64,000 nt of DNA, from NCBI GenBank assembly GCA_000002435.2, contig CM018791.1. The stretch is one strand, 5' to 3'. Source of the stretch: Giardia intestinalis (Eukaryota). Both the position numbers and the translations under genes were made by a program. Below, in pieces: positions 23,801 to 29,800 of this stretch (the first letter of the stretch is position 1; every line of letters begins with the position of its first letter). The notes below the pieces were generated by a model. It did not search any database, was not told where the DNA came from, and saw only the letters and a program-made list of their open reading frames with translations.

Positions 23801-26800
23801 CTGTTTATGCTGCGCCAAAACTTGCACACGTCCCAACAGGCTGTGATAGTAGATTGCATAAACGATAAGTCTGCAATGGAGATAATTGAGCGAGCAATTT
23901 ACCTCTGTGTGTACACCAAGTCAGTGGTGGCAGATAAGGACAAGCCAATCAAGCATATTGTGCTGCTACTTTCGAGCCAGCAAGCAACTCCTATGCATAC
24001 CTCTTCTGGGCTCGGAGAGAGCGCATCCTGTATTGAGGTCCTAAACACATCTGCCCGTGGAGAAGCTGCTTCTAATGATAGGGATCTCAGGAACCTAATT
24101 TTAGCACTAGCTACGCCGTATGCTGAAATATTCAGCGCCTTGCCTCAAAGGCTCCGAACAGACTTTATACAACGAACTGGTCTTCATAGTTCGCGAGACA
24201 TCCATAATCTGCTATTGTCTGTATTCGTCCTAGTTGTAACGACCCCGGCAACCCTGGACTTTTCTCTCTCTCAAACCAATGTCGTCCCCTTTGGTCTTGA
24301 AGATTATCCCAAAGCCTTAGGGATCAACACACGATTGTCCCTCCAGCTTTCCTTTAATTTGGTAGACAAGCCTACTGAGAAGTTACAGATTAGACAGAGG
24401 GCGTCTGAAGTCTCAGAGTACACTGAGGCTCGCCTTGGGAACAACGGACATGCAGGCTACTTTGCATTCTTATTAGCAGGGTCACATGATAATATAGCGC
24501 TTTGTGCAAGCATCCTAGCCACGGAATTCCCGGTAATGATTCAGTGGGCACAGACCCGTCTGGGTGCCGTCTTTGCAGGGCGAAGCCACGGGTTCCTGCT
24601 GAAGGATCATCTACCAGTTATCAAGGTCACAAAGGGCTCACTGGAGGAGTACCTGTCATCACTTATGTCCACCAATGTTATTGACATAGCCACGTTCTTC
24701 TATGAGGCCCTTAGGCTGACCGGCTCTCCTCAGCCCACAGCATACAGTATCGTGATATTTACGCATTTCGTTCTTCAGGAATTTAAATACAGGCTTGCAC
24801 GCTTCGTTGACTCACTTGATCAAATATGCTGTAATCTGCAAACGGCCCAAAATCTTAGCTCAGCCTCTACTAAAGAACTTAACAGCGTAAAGAAGCAGTC
24901 CGACATTGAAACACAGCAAGTCGAGGAGATTGCAAAAGAGCTGAAGCAAGCAGACACAGACATCACACAAATGATCAAGAGGCTGGTGTATAATCAGCGG
25001 CTCTTTAAAAACCGCCAGCGCAAAATAGCCACCTTGACTGCTGAAAGTAACAGATTGCAGAAGCTTATCAGTCAGGCCCTTCCTAGACTGAAGACTGCAG
25101 TTAATGCGGTGAATAAGCTGACAAAAGATGTTGTGGGCGGAATAAAGGTCCTGAAGCAGCCGCCCTCAAGCCTCCGAAGAATAATTGACTGCCTAGCTAT
25201 ATTGATGCATGCGCCCCTATCCAAAATATCTCACGACATACTCCAGGTGACTCTTCCCCTAGTCTCACCTGACTTGATGGACGACGAGCTCGCCCTGCAG
25301 CGCATATACGATCGTGAATCGAACAAAGCATCGCGTCCGCTGCTCTTCTTTATCGGCCAGGAAGTTATTAGTCAGGTTCGCCGAAGAGCTCCTGTCCCAG
25401 ACGACTCAGAGCTGGATGATATGCAGGTAGCAATCAACGCAGATATCGCGATGATGGAAAACCTTAGATTGGTTAGCTACAGCGACTATACCAAGCAGGT
25501 TGAAGATGAGTGCTGCAGAAAGGCTTCGGACGCGCCTCAAGACGCTTCCTCTCAGCTCAGAGCTGCCAAGGACGCCTTTGTGGTAAAAGACCTCGGTAAG
25601 CTGCTCTCCGACGTTCATGGAGCTTCTCTACTTGGGAGCACATTTCATGGGTCGGCTTTTAAGAAGCAGATGTCTCTTGAACTCAGCTTTGCGGAGCGGC
25701 CTGATATTTATATAGGCAGGAAGATTACCGATCCTTATCTAACGGCAAACGATCTTCGCATGAACATCCCAAAGATTCTATCGAATGTTGACATGCTCCG
25801 GAGTGCGTCACACATCTTCAGCTTCTCTGAGCTAGGTAACGATATTTTGCATGTCCTACACCCGTTTAACTACGAAGAAATATACAATTACGTACTTGCC
25901 CACGGAGCATTTGTTAGCGACCTTACCAGGCCTATTGAACTAGAGACCAAGGGGAGACGGTCAGAGAAGAAATCAACTTACAACCTATATACCACATACC
26001 GATATTCGTGCATGGTAAGGGACCAGTGTGTCATCAGCTCTGCTCCTGTTCTTGTGAACTTCCACGATGGAACAACACTAGAAGAGAGCAGTGCATCATC
26101 CAATGCCATAAACGTGACATTCTATGCGCCCAAGGATTCGTTTGATGAGCTACAATACTTCCTGCAAGCAACAGCCTTTTCTGAGCGGATTTGCAGGTTT
26201 GATCCGACGGTTCTAACAGACGAACAGATAGAGCTGCTGGAACCGTACCTGGCACAGCCTGATTTTAATTACTATTCTGCAGGGAAGATTTCTCAACTTT
26301 GCCAAAGCATGATCGAGTGGCTCAATGCAGTCGTTTCTTACTACAAGTTGGCGTGTGCGCTCCACCCTGTTTATCAGCGCAACGAGTTTGTGCGTTCATT
26401 CATCAACAACTTTACTGCAGAATCAGACAATCTCGCTGTAATGATCCATCAAGATGAGGAAGCAATTGTCGCGATGCGCAACAGAAAAAAAGAGCTTGTC
26501 AAGGAGCAAGATAGGCTAGGGGCTCGCGCCAAAGATACCCTAACTCACGAGCGATATTCGCAACATATCAAATCAGAAATGACGGAAAAGTATGACACAT
26601 GGCTGACAAACTTTCAAACAATGTGCGGTGAACTGAGCAGTCTACTGATCGATGCTGTTGTGTACTCCACTTTTGTCTGTGGGGGGTTCACGGTATGCAG
26701 TTCGTTCAAGCGTGCACTGCAGGAGTCTCGAGCGTCTCAATTTTGCAAGGCCACAGTTCCTTTATCCGACACCGAAAAGCATCTTTTCTCTCAATACGGA

Positions 26801-29800
26801 AATACGATTGTATATGGGGATACTCAGCATGGAACAGAAACCTCTATGACACCGCACGCTCACAAGAAGTCGACCATCAACTATCTGCTAAACATAAGCA
26901 ATGCAGCGCAGTCATTCGTAAGTCATTACATAGACAGCCAAAGACATACAAAAGCACGGCCATGCGATCCGGAGCAGTTTTCGCTAGATGTCGCAGATGC
27001 TTCAGACGATGATGCCTTAGACAAGTTCAGTGAGCAGGTGGCAGAGAGTGACTCCGCTGCAGTCTTGGCTCAGGGGCTTCACACTGACTATGCTATATCC
27101 CTGACGACGGATGTGCTTGCTATCGCTCACAGTACCGGAATCTCTCTACCGAAGACGTATCATATTTTCGTCGAAGGGGATATGTTTACCTCCTTTGGCC
27201 TAACATATGGATTTGTAACACAAATAAGGCCTCTTACAGACATCTTTCTCAAGCAAGACTTCTATCCTCGAGTTGATGTCACAGATAGCTCCGACGGCTA
27301 TCTGCACACAGGTCTTCTTGGGCTTATTTTGCACTATCCCCTTGCATTCTATGCCATGGGAATAACAAAAGAAGAAATTCTGCAGCTATCGGCACTCTTC
27401 ACATGCCCATTGGTCCCCCTGGTTTGGGATCCTCGTGGACACTTTGAAGAATTCCTTATCAACCTCAAGGAATATAGCCACATATGTAGCCAGAAAATAC
27501 GAAAACTGGTGAACTCCAGCTACCTCTTGTCTCCTGACCAGCTTCGTCAGATTTACCACCGGCTAGAGGAACCAGAACTAGTAGTGTACGATTCCTTACC
27601 TGAATTCCTTGATTCCTTGTTATCAGACTGTCCGTCAAATAGGGCCATAGGACACAGCTACTCCAACCTCACGGTTGCATACATTACGCCAGATGATTTG
27701 TTAGGGAAGACTCAACACAGCAATATGACACTATCATCAGTTCTTTCACAGCTTGTCATGACATCGGCTATACGGGGTGTACGCCACCGAGTGATCTTAG
27801 TCCTCAGAGGTCATAGTCTGCATGCTATCCGCGACCAAGCACTTGATTCCTTTATCAGTGCAGACGCCAGTGGTATTTTCGCACACTACGAATTTTCTTA
27901 TCAACTGCACTACCAACTTGCTCGCTCAGTGGGACTCTCGTGTAAGGCCCCCTGCCTTTACCGGAACATCTTAACCGATGCTAGTGCAGATCTTCTAGAA
28001 GCATTTCTGGATTATGTATTCTGCTTTACTCTATACATGCGAGCTGATAGCACAGTCAATAAAGAGGATTACATCGCGGTGCTTGTTTCTGCCAAGCAGA
28101 ACGTTCTACTGGCCGGACAAAAAGTGGAGTCCATTCTTGACAACGTGGAAGTCGTCATCCGGAACTTTGCTAACATAGAACATACCTATAACATAATTCA
28201 GCAGGTCCTCTGCGGGCATTCATTCACCGTTAAGCTTTCTGATGGAGGGGACATCGGTGTTGACAACCTAACCGAAAGGTCTCTGTCAGAGAGTGGTCTG
28301 GAGGTGACGCAGATAAGCGTTCCGCTCTCAAATCGCTATCAGGAGACTACAGTGACACGAGAAATGCTTTCAAAGTTGGCATTTCTCTATTCATTATTCT
28401 ACGACAAATCTACAACGGACTTGATCAATTACCAGCTATACAAAACAGTCTCTCTACATATTATGCAGGACCTGCTAGCGCCCCTGAACCTACGCACATA
28501 CTTCCTCGTAATCTCGCTCTACGGTGCCCACTACCAATACAAAAGTGTGCACCCGGGTATTATCAATCTTCTCATCGTATTGCTCTGTGAGCTGGACAAA
28601 CGTACAGACATATTTTTTGACCCTTTACAATCATCCAGCGGTACAGCCCACCTCGAGCTAAGATCCTCTGGGCCAAGTATGTCAACGTCAGCAACTGAGA
28701 GCGTTATAACTAGCAGTGGAGAGTCATCGGACAGTGAAGTCTTGGCTGATAAGTTGTACTTCGTCACAGGCAGGCTCCTCACAATGTTATCAAGCTTGCC
28801 GTTACTTGACGCACTAAGACACGAATTCAAGCTTACTGGCACCAACATTAACTTTTGGAAGTGGTACATCACCTACTTTGTGGGCAAATGCAGCAGTGCA
28901 CAGGCATCTGAGGGCGCATCTAAGGGGTATCTTGATCGTGACAAAATCCTCTATCCAAGCAGCTATCAAGACGTGGTTGCAAAGATCGCTGTTAGCTTTG
29001 GTGGTGGTGCCGTTCTAAGGGAATCGCTTGCAGACTATATAGATATTATAACCTTCTGCTTATTTAGTATCGGCGTCAAAAATTACGAAGAGATCTGCAA
29101 TCAGAGAGTGTCTAATAATAATAATAACAACAAGAGTCAGTTCAGTCCTCGCCTAAATTCGACACAGGGGGTCTTCATGAATTGGCTGATACACTCTTTG
29201 GACATTTTGTCTAGGCAACTCACGGACAATGGCTGTGTAAAGAACTTCCTCTATAAACGGAAGTCGCCAATTGGTCTTTTCCTCAACGACTCGTATGGAG
29301 TGGGGATAGAGGCGACTATCTATAGAGAGATTAACTACTTCTTCAAGCGCAACAACATGCTGAGACTGACACAGAAGCGGCATGCTTCAAGTGGCTCTCA
29401 TGTTACTGAGCAGGCATACATTAGTATCGACGAAACAAATCAGGATCCTCACCAGTGCAACATTTCCACATTTGTGCTTCCATCTTCATTGCACATAGGC
29501 AGGACCTTCTCTCTTGAGACGCTAGTCCATATATGGAAGTGTCTATCGATCTATGAATACCGGACCTCTGTAGACCAGTCTGTCTTTGATTGCTTTGTGC
29601 AGGCCAACGAAGCTACAAGGAGGACATATTCCTTGACAGAAATCACACTTCTTCCTCGCAGCTGGCCAGCTGCCGTGCGAAACGAAATTATGAGCCGCAT
29701 CAGTGACTATTCCACAGGTAAGTGCATGACAGGGAAGAGGAGTGCCGGGGAGTCATCTGCAAACAGCGAGAGTATCTGCTACAGAAGCAACGGAAACAAT

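Noticed and set aside
27640-27700. LLGKT in the giant protein as a possible Walker A
   Set aside because: The context ITPDDLLGKTQHS lacks the GxxxxGK[ST] glycine pattern and the surrounding beta-strand/helix hydrophobic pattern. It is not a P-loop.
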